A stretch of 64,000 nt of DNA, filler included, from Phoronis australis (taxonomy: Eukaryota; Animalia; Phoronida), in the NCBI GenBank assembly GCA_002633005.1. It is 9 parts of 9 records of this genome, joined end to end, with 100 filler letters (N's around TTAATTAATTAA, not from the genome) between each part and the next. Parts side by side here need not be neighbours in the genome. Positions count along the whole stretch, not along the records: positions 11,499 to 42,304 come from NMRA01001043.1; positions 42,405 to 46,488 come from NMRA01002709.1; 7 more parts are not named here. One strand, 5' to 3'. The position numbers and the translations under genes are program-made. Below are positions 37,801 through 46,588 of the stretch, piece after piece. Position 1 is the stretch's first letter. Every line of letters starts with the position of its first letter. A model generated the notes under the pieces. That model was not told the origin of the DNA and searched no databases. It worked only from the letters and a program-made list of their open reading frames with translations.

Positions 37801-40800
37801 CTTCATTGATGGATTTTCATTAATTTGACAGATAGTTTTGAGAGTAGACGTTACATTACCATTTTTGGATTATTCAATGTATTCTGGTTCATCTAATGTA
37901 TAATAACAATAAACACCACATAAAGCACACTGTTCACAGTCATGGGTGCATTCCAACACTCCTTATTGCTCTTGTTGCCATTAAAACAATTATTGTTGGT
38001 AATGCACTGGTCACTTTCTAAAATCAACATGAATCCCTTTATTCCCTTGTCTGTTTTGAATTTCTTATAATTTTCACATGCCTTTGTTGTGTTGTTCTGT
38101 TTTGTTCAAAGATATCTCTTGGCTGCCTTGTCCTGTCTGTTTTGAATTTCTTATAATTTTCACATGGCAAGAATTATAATTTGTCTAACCCAGGGTTGCC
38201 ATGGCAATGTTCATGCTGATGGGTGCCAAGAAGCGCGTGGAAATTAACTTCCCCATCAAGGGAGGCAACCTCCCCTACTGGATGACCCCTGGTGAGGATT
38301 TGCGTGCCCTCAAGACTGATATGATCTATGCTACAAAGGAGGTCTCCAACATGTTAAAAATCTACGCCACTCGACCAACACCTTTCAAGGTTGGGTATGG
38401 TGCCACTGGACTTAAGAGCATGGTGAGTTATTTATCTCCTAAGGGGCAGTAGTCTTAAGAACATGGTGAGTTATTTATCCACTAGGGGTCACTTACTATG
38501 CAGTGATTTCCGGAGTTTGTCATTGTGCAATAGGAAAAATTTAATTAGAAGTAACTGGAAAGAAAATCTTCAAGTAGTACATGTTGTTAGTCTAGAGTTT
38601 GTTGAGCGTTGATTAACTTTTAATAAATTTGTTATATGTAACCTTCATTTATTCAAGCATAGATGAGCACAAAGCAGTTTATTAATAAAAGGATAGTATT
38701 AAACTCTTTTTTGACGATTTCAACCAATTCTTGTTATGTCCCTCCTAATCCATCGTTGACATCTTGCTTAAGTTGTAAAAGTGATGCAAGTGAAGTTGCT
38801 TTGTTACAGACTTGACCGTATGGTTTTTGGTGTGTTGCCCTTCCTCACAGTTGTCATGTTTGAGGGGCCAAATGGGCAAAAATTGCTACTATCGTAAACT
38901 CAATTCCGAAGTTAGAAGTGACAGCCATTGCCCATTTTAAACAAGTTAGATAAAAGGAAACACAAGTGTCAAAACTGAATCAATGACACACGAAACTTGT
39001 TAGGCGACATTGCATGCGTCAATGGAATGCAGTTGAAGTGACAGAACCGAATTGACTGAACTGGCTTGAATGGGCAAAATATGATAGACGAAACAATTGA
39101 TTTTATTAAACACAATTAAATTTACAAACTAGCATTGTGCTTGCAATAAAGGATAAAATAGATAAAATGAAGCAGTTGAGTTGACGTCGGATTCACAAAA
39201 TGTCGGATTTGCAGCATCATAAGATTGAGTTTATTTTCTTGAATTGAGAATACCATAGAAGCAATTTTTACCCTTTTGCCCGCCCCATAGTCACACTTGA
39301 CCCTGAAGCAGACTTTATATTAAGTTTCAAAATTAATTGCTTGAAACATTTGAGGACTGGCAATAGTTACAGAGCATTGTTTTTGTGAGATGGATGGAAA
39401 AGCTGTCATTAATATCTGATAATAGGCCAGAAGCAAATTTAAATAATATTGAAATCACTTTACTGTATTTGACAATGTGTTGTTGATGATTCATGGTCCA
39501 AACAGTTTTTTGATAAATGTGCTTCTTGCTCTCCATGGCAACATGTTTTTTGTTTTAGGGTCAACAACAAAAAGAGGTTGGCATGAAGTTCATCTCAGCT
39601 CTAAGTAACTTGTTGGAACCATTTGAATATCTCTTCAAGCCATTGTTTGACCTGTATAAATCCATTCTGGCTGTCTACTACAACATAAAAGACATTATTG
39701 ACACCATAAAGACATAGTAAGTGCAAACTAGAACTAATGGTGATGGTGGTGGTGGTGGTGATGGTGATGGTGTCGATGATGAAGATTATACAGTAACATG
39801 TGCCATGGCTACTGAAATTTAAATATCCATTTTGAAAGTAGTTTGTTAAACATTCAAGGGAATTAAACTCATGTCATGTAGTGTTTCCACTAAAACTTTA
39901 TGAAGGCACTTCATAAAACCACTTTGAGGTGATGATTTAGTAAAACCATTTCTAAAATCTATTTGTCTATTTACACCTGACACTAACCTTTTCACACTCT
40001 GGCACAACATTTCTTCGATCATCTTCAGGTGTTTAGTAATTGTTTTTGTAGAAGAATGAGCTTTGGTACATTTATTTTCGTCACTTGAATTATACCTTGA
40101 CCAGTGCATGGCAGGGTTTAACCCTGGGAGCTTTTGGTTGTCAGTCCAGCACTCTGACCTCTAGGCCACTGAGTCATCCATTAAATTTAAGGGAAACTTG
40201 CTATACGTATATCTTCTGTATTGCCTGAGAAGGGGCAGCCATGTATTGCCTGTGGAAGGGTAGCCATGTATTGCCTGAGAAGGGATAGCCATGTATTGCC
40301 TGTGAAGGGATAGCCATGTATTGCCTGAGAAGGAATAGCCATGTATTGCCTGTAAAGGGATAGCCATGTATTGCCTGAGAAGGGATAGCCACGTATTGCC
40401 TGAGAAGGGATAGCCATGTATTGCCTGAGAAGGGATAGCCATGTATTGCCTGAGAAGGGATAGCCATGTATTGCCTGAGAAGGGATAGCCATGTATTGCC
40501 TGAGAAGGGATAGCCANAGTGTTCCTTATTTTCTTCAGTCATCTCCACTGGCCCAAAGTTCACTATTCTCTGTGTAATTTTACTCTCTCACTTTGACTTT
40601 TTTGTTGTATGTTGCTTTCATTTGATTGTAACTCCAAATACACATATTTTACAAAATAGTGCATCCAGTGAAATTCAGCAAAGAGATATCAGTTGATAAT
40701 TTGAATTTGTTGCTCTGCAGTGTTGCGAAAGCTAAAGACACATTCAACATGCTGTTTGGAGCAAAGTTTCATAAAAAGTTTCCCAGAACCAGACGTAGTG

Positions 40801-40910
40801 GCGCCAGTGATGAATATGGAGATGGCAACTGGCCGTCTACTGCCAACGGTCTCTATAGCAACAAAACTGAAGGCATCGGACTTATGCTAAAAGCTGATGC
40901 TGGGCAAAAG
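13796..40910 (+). CDS. Partial multi-exon gene (19 exons, ~950 codons seen): divergent large lipid transfer protein (vitellogenin/MTP/apolipophorin N-terminal-like) with a C-terminal helical region; 5' end, 3' end and at least one internal exon missing
   Basis: Eleven exons (13796-30607, 1464 nt) and eight exons (32589-40910, 1378 nt) each join in open frame with AG/GT boundaries and matching phases. LLT-module-like motifs: FLFELTPYGLIEFVHVHPEE…LKKAITSLF, EVDHTG…YEV, LRRACLTVGGMA, LHALSNAAH and RRAALEAMK. Confidence 0.85.
14215..14251 (+). CDS. LLTP-like gene small exon (37 nt)
   Basis: tttacAG/GTaagt; (V)VTNPEKWDLEK(A), phase 1 to 2, fits both neighbours. Confidence 0.75.
15148..15268 (+). 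CDS. LLTP-like gene exon (N-sheet motif)
   Basis: ttccAG/GTaagc; FLFELTPYGLIEFVHVHPEEHDEVSMLKKAITSLFIAHKP resembles the LLT motif F…G.(I/V)..(V/I)…E…(N)xKxxIxSLF. Confidence 0.85.
15838..15984 (+). CDS. LLTP-like gene exon
   Basis: ttttAG/GTttgt; PRDTNKFKKREVDHTGSGEYTYEVDQTRDGVRIRRSLKNESDVIKNHDK (ExDxxG….Y motif). Confidence 0.8.
16296..18183. mobile_element. hAT-like non-autonomous element with 5-bp TSD (AAAAC), contains a gap
   Basis: AAAAC|CAGGGCTCGAC…GTCGAGCCCTG|AAAAC; subterminal cag(g/c)tcgca repeats at both ends. Confidence 0.75.
18370..18503. repeat. 31-33-bp minisatellite (second copy at ~20236-20400)
   Basis: aacactcactgaacct(aa)tgttgcttgtgtctg, about 4 units here and about 5 in the duplicate. 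Confidence 0.85.
19790..19911. repeat. 16-bp minisatellite
   Basis: Unit cactgtacatttctca. Confidence 0.9.
21686..21925. repeat. 16-bp minisatellite (duplicate/allelic array)
   Basis: Unit cactgt(a/g)catttc(t/c)ca, about 15 copies. Confidence 0.9.
22124..22271 (+). CDS. LLTP-like gene exon
   Basis: cactAG/GTgagt; TLHVNHEGTIHRVESVDKIILKNRISEAQIYQHNTEYEGLATIPEESSG, phase 0 to 1. Confidence 0.85.
22611..22732 (+). CDS. LLTP-like gene exon
   Basis: tttcAG/GTgagc; (A)FPTLYTMSHTHLHLTNQLSHGEPFKMARHMLVKQSIEVEQ, phase 1 to 0. Confidence 0.85.
22748..23906 (-). mobile_element. hAT-like MITE with 6-bp TSD (CTCAAT), 15 nt downstream of an exon end
   Basis: CTCAAT|CAGGGCTTGGAAT…ATTTCAAGCCCTG|CTCAAT. 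The reverse complement of its right end (cagggcttgaaatgacccatgacaaaaaa…ttttacggccc) matches the left end of 6057-6474. Confidence 0.88.
25649..25736 (+). CDS. LLTP-like gene exon
   Basis: ttgcAG/GTatga; PKAKVITDSDAAMLDIEKEMNCSRVTPVK, phase 0 to 1, supplies the phase change required between 22732 and 26154. Confidence 0.75.
26154..26443 (+). CDS. LLTP-like gene exon (alpha-helical domain)
   Basis: ttacAG/GTgatg; (T)NTNRTECIRRLRVTLKAM…MIDMIAALDTPISQRMILKYVF…MFHFLVLEHPIE. Confidence 0.88.
26531..28129. repeat. Apparent ~0.8-kb direct duplication (26531-27330 vs 27332-28129) split by a single N; probable haplotype artefact
   Basis: Near-identical copies meet at the lone N (27331); differences cluster in roughly the first half. 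Confidence 0.8.
28415..28469 (+). CDS. LLTP-like gene exon
   Basis: ttacAG/GTaagg; AAVKAVEDLCFGKQFEYH, phase 0 to 1. Confidence 0.85.
28572..28723. repeat. 18-bp minisatellite
   Basis: Unit ccccatgtgtcatattag, about 8 copies (source of the spurious MCHISP ORF). Confidence 0.92.
29091..29249 (+). CDS. LLTP-like gene exon
   Basis: ttgcAG/GTaaac; (G)MDIVLPNRTNETETLRRACLTVGGMASSLNKTNPARAAQIVGHLTTWLERHN, phase 1 to 1. Confidence 0.87.
30411..30607 (+). CDS. LLTP-like gene exon with RTKR site and LxALxNA motif
   Basis: cttcAG/GTaaga; (D)RTKRSADDMDYDYEYYTGMIMLHALSNAAHHTSFKLFKRYAEPNQGHSAWRRAALEAMKFYPHDE, compare the vitellogenin-type LKALGNAG…RxAAxxAL helix repeats. Confidence 0.9.
31368..31645 (+). 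pseudogene. KolX-like accessory protein fragment (P2X7 cytoplasmic-ballast-like Cys cluster), frameshifted and truncated
   Basis: MAGVDDPYQSDSS, a frameshift, then …SSGDEEFF…GGYMFEPEY…RRGDTSWCKCSVCVVMPTSMECLCCSEF. Matches the YxFEP…WCxCxxC..MPT..E..CCxE signature. Confidence 0.8.
31651..32139 (-). pseudogene. Kolobok transposase N-terminal fragment (Ser/acidic linker + CxxC…CxxGH zinc finger), frameshifted
   Basis: Minus-strand pieces …LFRRCQVCGEGVTRHDV and SLGAQVTIQWECVAGHSGKWDSCSSVRGMPEV; colinear with 60651-61046. Confidence 0.75.
32141..32220 (+). CDS. Tentative 3' part of a missing LLTP-like exon
   Basis: Open frame FQKKCENASFMEGAEGLLQVYPNTTN from the N to a weak tt|GTaaat donor gives the phase 2 needed by exon 32589. 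Support is phase fit only. Confidence 0.3.
32589..32770 (+). CDS. LLTP-like gene exon with RDKR site
   Basis: ttgcAG/GTgagt; RNSSLVIPSNRDKRGIQDFLSKGLHWEIEIPGFSWTKVIGSTAIGASFGIILRNKMFLDL, phase 2 to 1. Confidence 0.87.
33107..33404. repeat. 61-bp tandem repeat spanning an intron-exon boundary
   Basis: Unit acacagcctatacttggtatttcagaaccccttgagggcatgtttatgattgatgtctatg; tttcAG ends at 33175, 33236, 33297 and 33358, plus an older partial copy at ~33107-33138. Confidence 0.92.
33359..33504 (+). CDS. LLTP-like gene exon
   Basis: tttcAG/GTaatt; (K)PLEGMFMIDVYDTAYAEANLGILNIKFDMFRLQVCFRGYIRYNLNMAK, phase 1 to 0. Confidence 0.85.
34543..34680 (+). CDS. LLTP-like gene exon (amphipathic helix)
   Basis: tttcAG/GTaagt; EFGINSVQDLVNIFDTLYDQFVTPIETAVDSFMGIFQSINKQGGFG. 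Confidence 0.88.
35341..35532 (+). CDS. LLTP-like gene exon (amphipathic helix)
   Basis: ttgcAG/GTaatg; ALFKSFAQTIIDLPKNIVKTAEALASWTGKTTNCLPWVTAVRKVVLRIKFFINDVKMDIENFVT. Confidence 0.88.
36512..36654 (+). CDS. LLTP-like gene exon
   Basis: tttcAG/GTagat; TILDAIQVTIPYAIEQFEKTGKQIVQSLGELISAPSSALEGLGQAFI(R), phase 0 to 2. Confidence 0.87.
36690..37890 (-). mobile_element. Intronic, diverged copy of the ~150-bp-unit array element with CTCF-like motifs
   Basis: Units match the 48693-50762 array (gcaggatcttta.aaatttagcaagt, gacaacggatgacga.ggctttt, ctagtggc cores near 36842, 36989 and 37754). Confidence 0.75.
38194..38422 (+). CDS. LLTP-like gene exon
   Basis: acccAG/GTgagt; VAMAMFMLMGAKKRVEINFPIKGGNLPYWMTPGEDLRALKTDMIYATKEVSNMLKIYATRPTPFKVGYGATGLKSM, phase 2 to 0. 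Confidence 0.87.
39559..39716 (+). CDS. LLTP-like gene exon (amphipathic helix)
   Basis: ttttAG/GTaagt; GQQQKEVGMKFISALSNLLEPFEYLFKPLFDLYKSILAVYYNIKDIIDTIKT(Y), phase 0 to 2. Confidence 0.88.
40217..40516. repeat. 25-bp minisatellite
   Basis: Unit tgtattgcctgagaagggatagcca, about 12 copies, ending at a single N. Confidence 0.93.
40721..40910 (+). CDS. LLTP-like gene exon (last seen) with RTRR site
   Basis: ctgcAG/GTgagt; VAKAKDTFNMLFGAKFHKKFPRTRRSGASDEYGDGNWPSTANGLYSNKTEGIGLMLKADAGQK, phase 2 to 0. Confidence 0.88.
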
Positions 40911-41509
40911 GTGAGTGACGCGGAGAAACTGACATGTGAATAGCCACAAGTAGTAAAAATGTTACCTTCCTGATAGAGTTTAAACTGGTCCCTTATTGGT
41001 TAATTCTAATTTGTCACAGATTTGGTACATCTAGCTACTCTGTGTCGTGTTAGATGTAGAGTCAACTCATATCAAACGTAACTTATTATGAGTCCAAATC
41101 ACATTGTATAATTGGATAAATGGTAATAAGGCATGCAACTGACACTTTCAGCAAGCATTCTGATTTATTCGTGGTCGTCAAAAGTGATTTATGAACGCGT
41201 CTAAGTGACTTGTCACAACAGGACACTAAGGCATTCTGGGTGATTTTATTTGGTTAGACAAGTTATTACAACTCATTGGTGTAAATGATCAGCATGTTCA
41301 ACCTCAACTCATGACTGTTTGTGGTAACTGGCGAAAATATCACTATCTGTTTCTGTCAACCCATCAAGTCATTTTAGGTGAGGGGGACCCTAGAGAAACG
41401 CATTCACAAATTTGGCTTTTTGAACCATCATTTCTTGTAAATTACCCATCGAATTCAAATGAAACATTTAGGTACGTTGCATCGTGGACTATTCCTCTAA
41501 ATGCTTTTA

Positions 41510-42304
41510 GGGCTGTTCCAGCAAAATCTGTATGGGAGGGGGGGAAGGCACTTTTATTTTGTACCCACCGCCCATGTTTTTCATTTATTTCTCCAACCCA
41601 TGACCCATAATTTTTTAATTATTTTTAATAGGTTAAAATATAAAATCCAACACTTGCAAACAAATTGCCTCCAGGAGGACCTGTTAAGAACTTAGATGAT
41701 TGACAGACAAGAACTAGTTGTCTTGTCCAATATTGTCAAAAACTAAGTAGCCTGTGAGCAATACTTTTGGCAGCCACCAGGTGTCTCTGTTAACCATGTG
41801 TCTATAATTTCAATGAACATTTTTTCAATTATAAGGATCTATGAATCTCAACGAACTCTTTTATACTTCTATGTGAAGTAAACATTGGAACTTGTTTATC
41901 TTACTCCACATACTTTTTATTTAAAAATCATCAATTTTCTTATATGTGTTAACACCAGTTTAGTGTTGCATAACTTTTCAATTCAATAGGACTGCAGACA
42001 AACAGTTGGCTCAAATCAAGTTGCCCATGACTTGATTAATGGCTTAGTGAACATATTGCACTCTGTTCACTGGCAATATGGGCTTTTTGTATTGGGATAA
42101 GTTAGGATATATGCCAATTGCATTTTTTTGGGTTTAGATGGCTGAAGTAACCAACCTGTTAACATTAACGGGTCAAAAAATACCACCCATTTTTAATGCA
42201 TCACTTCTTACAGGAACGACCACCCATAATTTGAGTTTTTTTCTGAAGACCACCACCCATGAATTTTTATTTCTACTGCCGTCCCCCCCCTCCCACACGG
42301 ATTT
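41510..42304. mobile_element. MITE with terminal inverted repeats, right tip lost at scaffold end (PIF/Harbinger-like by TTA flank)
   Basis: Left TTA|GGGCTGTTCCAGCAAAATCTGTATGGGAGGGGGGGAAGGCA. The right end tgccgtcccccccctcccacacggattt is the reverse complement of its inner part. Subterminal accacccat repeats. Confidence 0.65.
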
Positions 42305-42404
42305 NNNNNNNNNNNNNNNNNNNNNNNNNNNNNNNNNNNNNNNNNNNNTTAATTAATTAANNNNNNNNNNNNNNNNNNNNNNNNNNNNNNNNNNNNNNNN
42401 NNNN
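42305..42404. other. Artificial scaffold-concatenation linker
   Basis: 44 N + TTAATTAATTAA + 44 N. Confidence 0.97.
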
Positions 42405-44076
42405 TTTCAACATCACCCTCAGTCCGCACCGGGCTCGTAAAATCGGGGCGCCTTGGTCGTAGATACCGCCCCCGTTACAGTTGCATTAGTAACTGGTCTT
42501 GGCTTATCATTTGATGGCCTGGTCATCCATTCAGCCAAAAGTAGTTCCAGAGGTGGCTTATCAGCCGATTATTCACGCATGCTGACTCACAATAGAAGCC
42601 TGATAAGAGTGAAGGTGGATAAATTGGGTGTTCCTACAGTTTCTTGTGCTAGTGGATGTGTTACCTCAAGAGAAGAAAAGAGAAATCATATGTAACTTAA
42701 GTAACATGTGCTGCGACTGCTGTTCCTTTGTTGATAAGTTCTAACTTGTACTGTCTGAGCAACATAATGGGGCCACTTGATTTGTGTATACCACTACAAA
42801 GATTGTACTGAAATATGAAATAGAGTGACTGTGCGCGGAAGAATTTAAAATATGATTTCACAGACATTTTTAAATCTGGTCTGCACGCCACCTGTTGTCC
42901 ACATCACGTAACCTAATAAACATCTTAGGTTACGTCATATGGCCAACATGGGGCGTGCAGACCAGACTTAAAAATGTTTGTGATCTATATTTCCACACCG
43001 GTTCAATACTTACAAAATTTATATTCAAAATTATTGTAGAAGTGTCATCGTTGTTCAAGAATGTACTAGATGATAATGCAGTTTCCTTAAAATCTTGCCA
43101 CCTGAAACCATTCTCTAGGTGTTGACTGTCCGCACACACATAACATACAGATAAGGGATCCTTCCTCCCCCTACTCAGATTCTTGGATCTACACCTGCTG
43201 TCTTACAATGGAACAATATGCAAGACCAGAAGAGAAGACTACAAACGAAGTCAGGAAATAACTATCACTAAACTGAGACCTAACTTCACTGAAATGTCAT
43301 TACTAGGTAACATTTTTATTGAGTCTGATTGAATATCTTGAAGTAACAGATTGGCCTGTCATACCAGGCATTTTCTGGCATTAAAAAAGTTCTTTACTCG
43401 TACTTTTATCATCCCAAAAGCTGCAAAACCTTTGCCATGGTGCACTGTGCATTCTTTTTATTAACCTCGATTTCATAACAAGCCATTGAACACATTATCC
43501 TGAACACAAGAACGTAGCTAGTCAAGAACTACAGATATGAAAAACGGCATATTTTCTCTTTGCATTTGACACTGGTGATACTGGTTATTTTATCAACAAA
43601 AGTATCGTCATCTTTCGGTAAAACACATTTATTGACCCACTGTATGGCCTTCCGACTTTGTCACATACTTATAACATACTTTGAAGCATGACTGTCCTAC
43701 CTCTTGTGTGCAGCCACTGTTATTGCCTTTGTGGCTTTCTGTTATAACTTTTAACAAAACTCATTATTTACACCTTTCAAATTTAGGGAACAGTTCGGAA
43801 TTAAAGCTTTCCTTGAATCATTGACTCTCTTACTAAAAAACAAGTCAAGGAAGCTATGATTTTAGAGTATTAAGTGTTTTTTATGTAATTGTCTTTCCAC
43901 TGTTGTCTTGTAATTCCTTTTATGTCTGTTACACTAGATGGACAGTGAACTAAATGCTGCAAACAGCAGAATATTGCTCTACTTTTTCACATATCTTTGG
44001 TTGCTGTCAGTGCTGATATAGCATCATCCCACATTACATAATAGCAGGCTGGATACCAATGCACTTATGGATGATG

Positions 44077-44763
44077 CAGGCCTCACAATGATACTTACTT
44101 TCCTACTTTTTACTGGTTTTTCTACCTTTCCTGCTTTTTACTGCATTTTATTGGAATTCCTACCTTTTGCCTACTTTTTTGTTCAGTGTTGTCACGAAGT
44201 AAATCTCTTGAATTTAGAAAAGAAGCATCTATAATGCTGAAAGTAAAACTTAAATATTGGTCGTGCTTCATCAGTTCCATTTTTCAGACCTTCTGATAAC
44301 ACTTTGGCTGCTCTTTGACACCTGAGGAACTGTGTTCTAAGAAAGGCAATGACAAGTTATGGTGGCAAAGATGATGATATTCTTCGTTCAGTCTCTGAAG
44401 TTAGGAATAAGTTGTGGGTTTAAGTTAACTACAAGCAGTTTGTGAAGTTTGGCGTGTTTTTTATCATAGGTGCATCAAGGTGACAAAAATATCTGTTTTT
44501 ACTGTCATTTTAAAGGCGTTTTTGTTCTGTAAATCAGTGTTCACTGAGACCTTGAGGTACAAAGGTTAAGAAACAGGAATATAGATGTATTTTCCAAAAC
44601 AGCTGTTGCTACTGGATACAAGTGTTTTCAATTTTGTAAACATCTTTATGTCAAAAACATCTAATGACATATTTTGTTGTTAGTGTTCCTATATTTTTCC
44701 TACCTTTTAAATACTTTTGTGAGCTGTTTGTCCTACTTTACTATTTTGTGAGAAGGAGGCCTG
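44077..44763. mobile_element. Possible degenerate hAT-like MITE
   Basis: CAGGCCTC…GAGGCCTG 8-bp inverted termini with cctac(t/c)ttt repeats clustered near both ends; no clean TSD. Confidence 0.45.
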
Positions 44764-46488
44764 AGTGAAGACTGGATCATTGAAGCCTAACAATTTATTT
44801 ATTATTTTAAGAGCATTGTTCAGGATCTCTCATTCATGAAATAATCATGGCATTGAAATTTCTTAAAATTAATAGACATTTAACTGATCGAATGTGGGCA
44901 TTAACCTGAACGGATATGGTATTTGACTTTTATGGAGGCCTTGTCTAGTTTTAATGGCAAGTGTTCTTTTTAATTTGTGTCATTCAGAAAGAGGTCATTC
45001 AAGTGGTTCTGAAATGGGCTGAGTAACAGTTGCAGTTAATGTTGGGCAAATGGAAGTGCTCAGAAGAGCCACATTTCACAAAATTAAATGGTGAGATGGA
45101 CAATGAAACCTAATATACTGAATGACCACAACGGTGGTGACCCCAAACTACTGTAGATTATAAATCAACAAAAGAGCATTGATTAATCTGCCAATGCCAA
45201 GAGCAGTCATCAAATCAAAAAATCACGTCTAACTCAAGAAAGTTAAGCTGTAGTGAGAGACCAAAAACGAGATATATCTAAACGTCAAATTTTATAAGGT
45301 TTCCTGAAATTTGGATTCAGAATCTTGACATTAGCCTGAAAGAACTGTGTAGTTAGAGGTCCTCAAATGATTTTAAAAAAATGGCTGTTGGTGCCATCTT
45401 TATTTCGATTTTCCCCAAAACATTACTCTTCGAGCCTTTCACCATATTCACAATGTGCAAACTTCATGCTGATCAGGAGACCAAATCTGTCAATAAAAGA
45501 AAAGTCATCTGACCAGTAAATCTGAAATGGCTCCGTAATTGTACTAGGCATGCGTATAGTGCTTGACAAGATCAACCCACTTACAAAATTTTAGGGACTC
45601 TGGAGTCCTACAGCACAAAATTCTGTTATAATAACTGGAGAACGGTTAGTCGTAGGGAATAACAGAAATCTATTTACTCTGATACCATATGTAAGAAAAT
45701 CCCTCCAGGGTGAAGGTGTGGCAGTAACTAAAAATGGCTTCTACTCTGTGCTGTGTGTAAATTTCATGTCTATCGGATAATAAGTGTGACGTTGTAGCGT
45801 GCACACAAATACAAACAAAAAATTCTATGACAAAGTAACAGACTAGGCTAATATTTTGCCTTTAAGGAACAACATTGACTGACAATTTCCTAGTTTTGTT
45901 TATCTGGAAGCTTGCTGCATATCTGATCGCATGTACTATGTTAATTGCTTGTTGCAACATCACAAAATACTATGTAGTTCACTGTGTAAAACCAGCTTAA
46001 AATAACTTAATTTCCTTGTATGCAAAAAATATTGCAAAGGGAAGCAGCTGCATTTTGCCGTGTTAAGCTGGCTAAAAACGCACAACTCTCTGACTATGGC
46101 AAGACAGAAATTGTAGGCGGGAGAGTGGATCACATGTGCACAGGTTTACAATTGACGGGAGTTGAAGAGACAGAGAACTCATATTTAGGTCATTACACAA
46201 GCGCAGTAGAGATGATCCTTTCGCCTTGCCCCAGTTGCGCATTTAGACATATAATTGACACAGAGCAAGATGTTGTAGCGCAAATTGCTCTACCTCACAA
46301 ATGGGTGGCAAAAGTCAATTTGTTCTCTGTCAGTCCTGTTTACACCCATACTTGCGCTGGAACAACTCATTCCGTGTCAGCTTATCCGTGTCAACTTAAT
46401 TGTAGTGTAACCCTTAAGCCGCTAGAAATGACGTGGAAGCCAATCGGCGACTCAAGACAATGCTTCACAGTATATTGAGGTTTGTCAA

Positions 46489-46588
46489 NNNNNNNNNNNN
46501 NNNNNNNNNNNNNNNNNNNNNNNNNNNNNNNNTTAATTAATTAANNNNNNNNNNNNNNNNNNNNNNNNNNNNNNNNNNNNNNNNNNNN
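46489..46588. other. Artificial scaffold-concatenation linker
   Basis: 44 N + TTAATTAATTAA + 44 N. Confidence 0.97.

Noticed and set aside
19721-40563. Repetitive peptide ORFs (SHTVHF…, MCHISP…, MAIPSQAIHG…)
   Set aside because: Translations of 16-, 18- and 25-bp intronic minisatellites, open in several frames, without splice support.
42405-42480. Possible LTR start (TGTAACGGGG… on minus) at a scaffold edge
   Set aside because: Only ~75 bp visible; no second LTR, primer-binding site or TSD.
46020-46478. 152-aa ORF on +
   Set aside because: No recognisable motif or splice context; treated as a chance ORF, possibly within a repeat.
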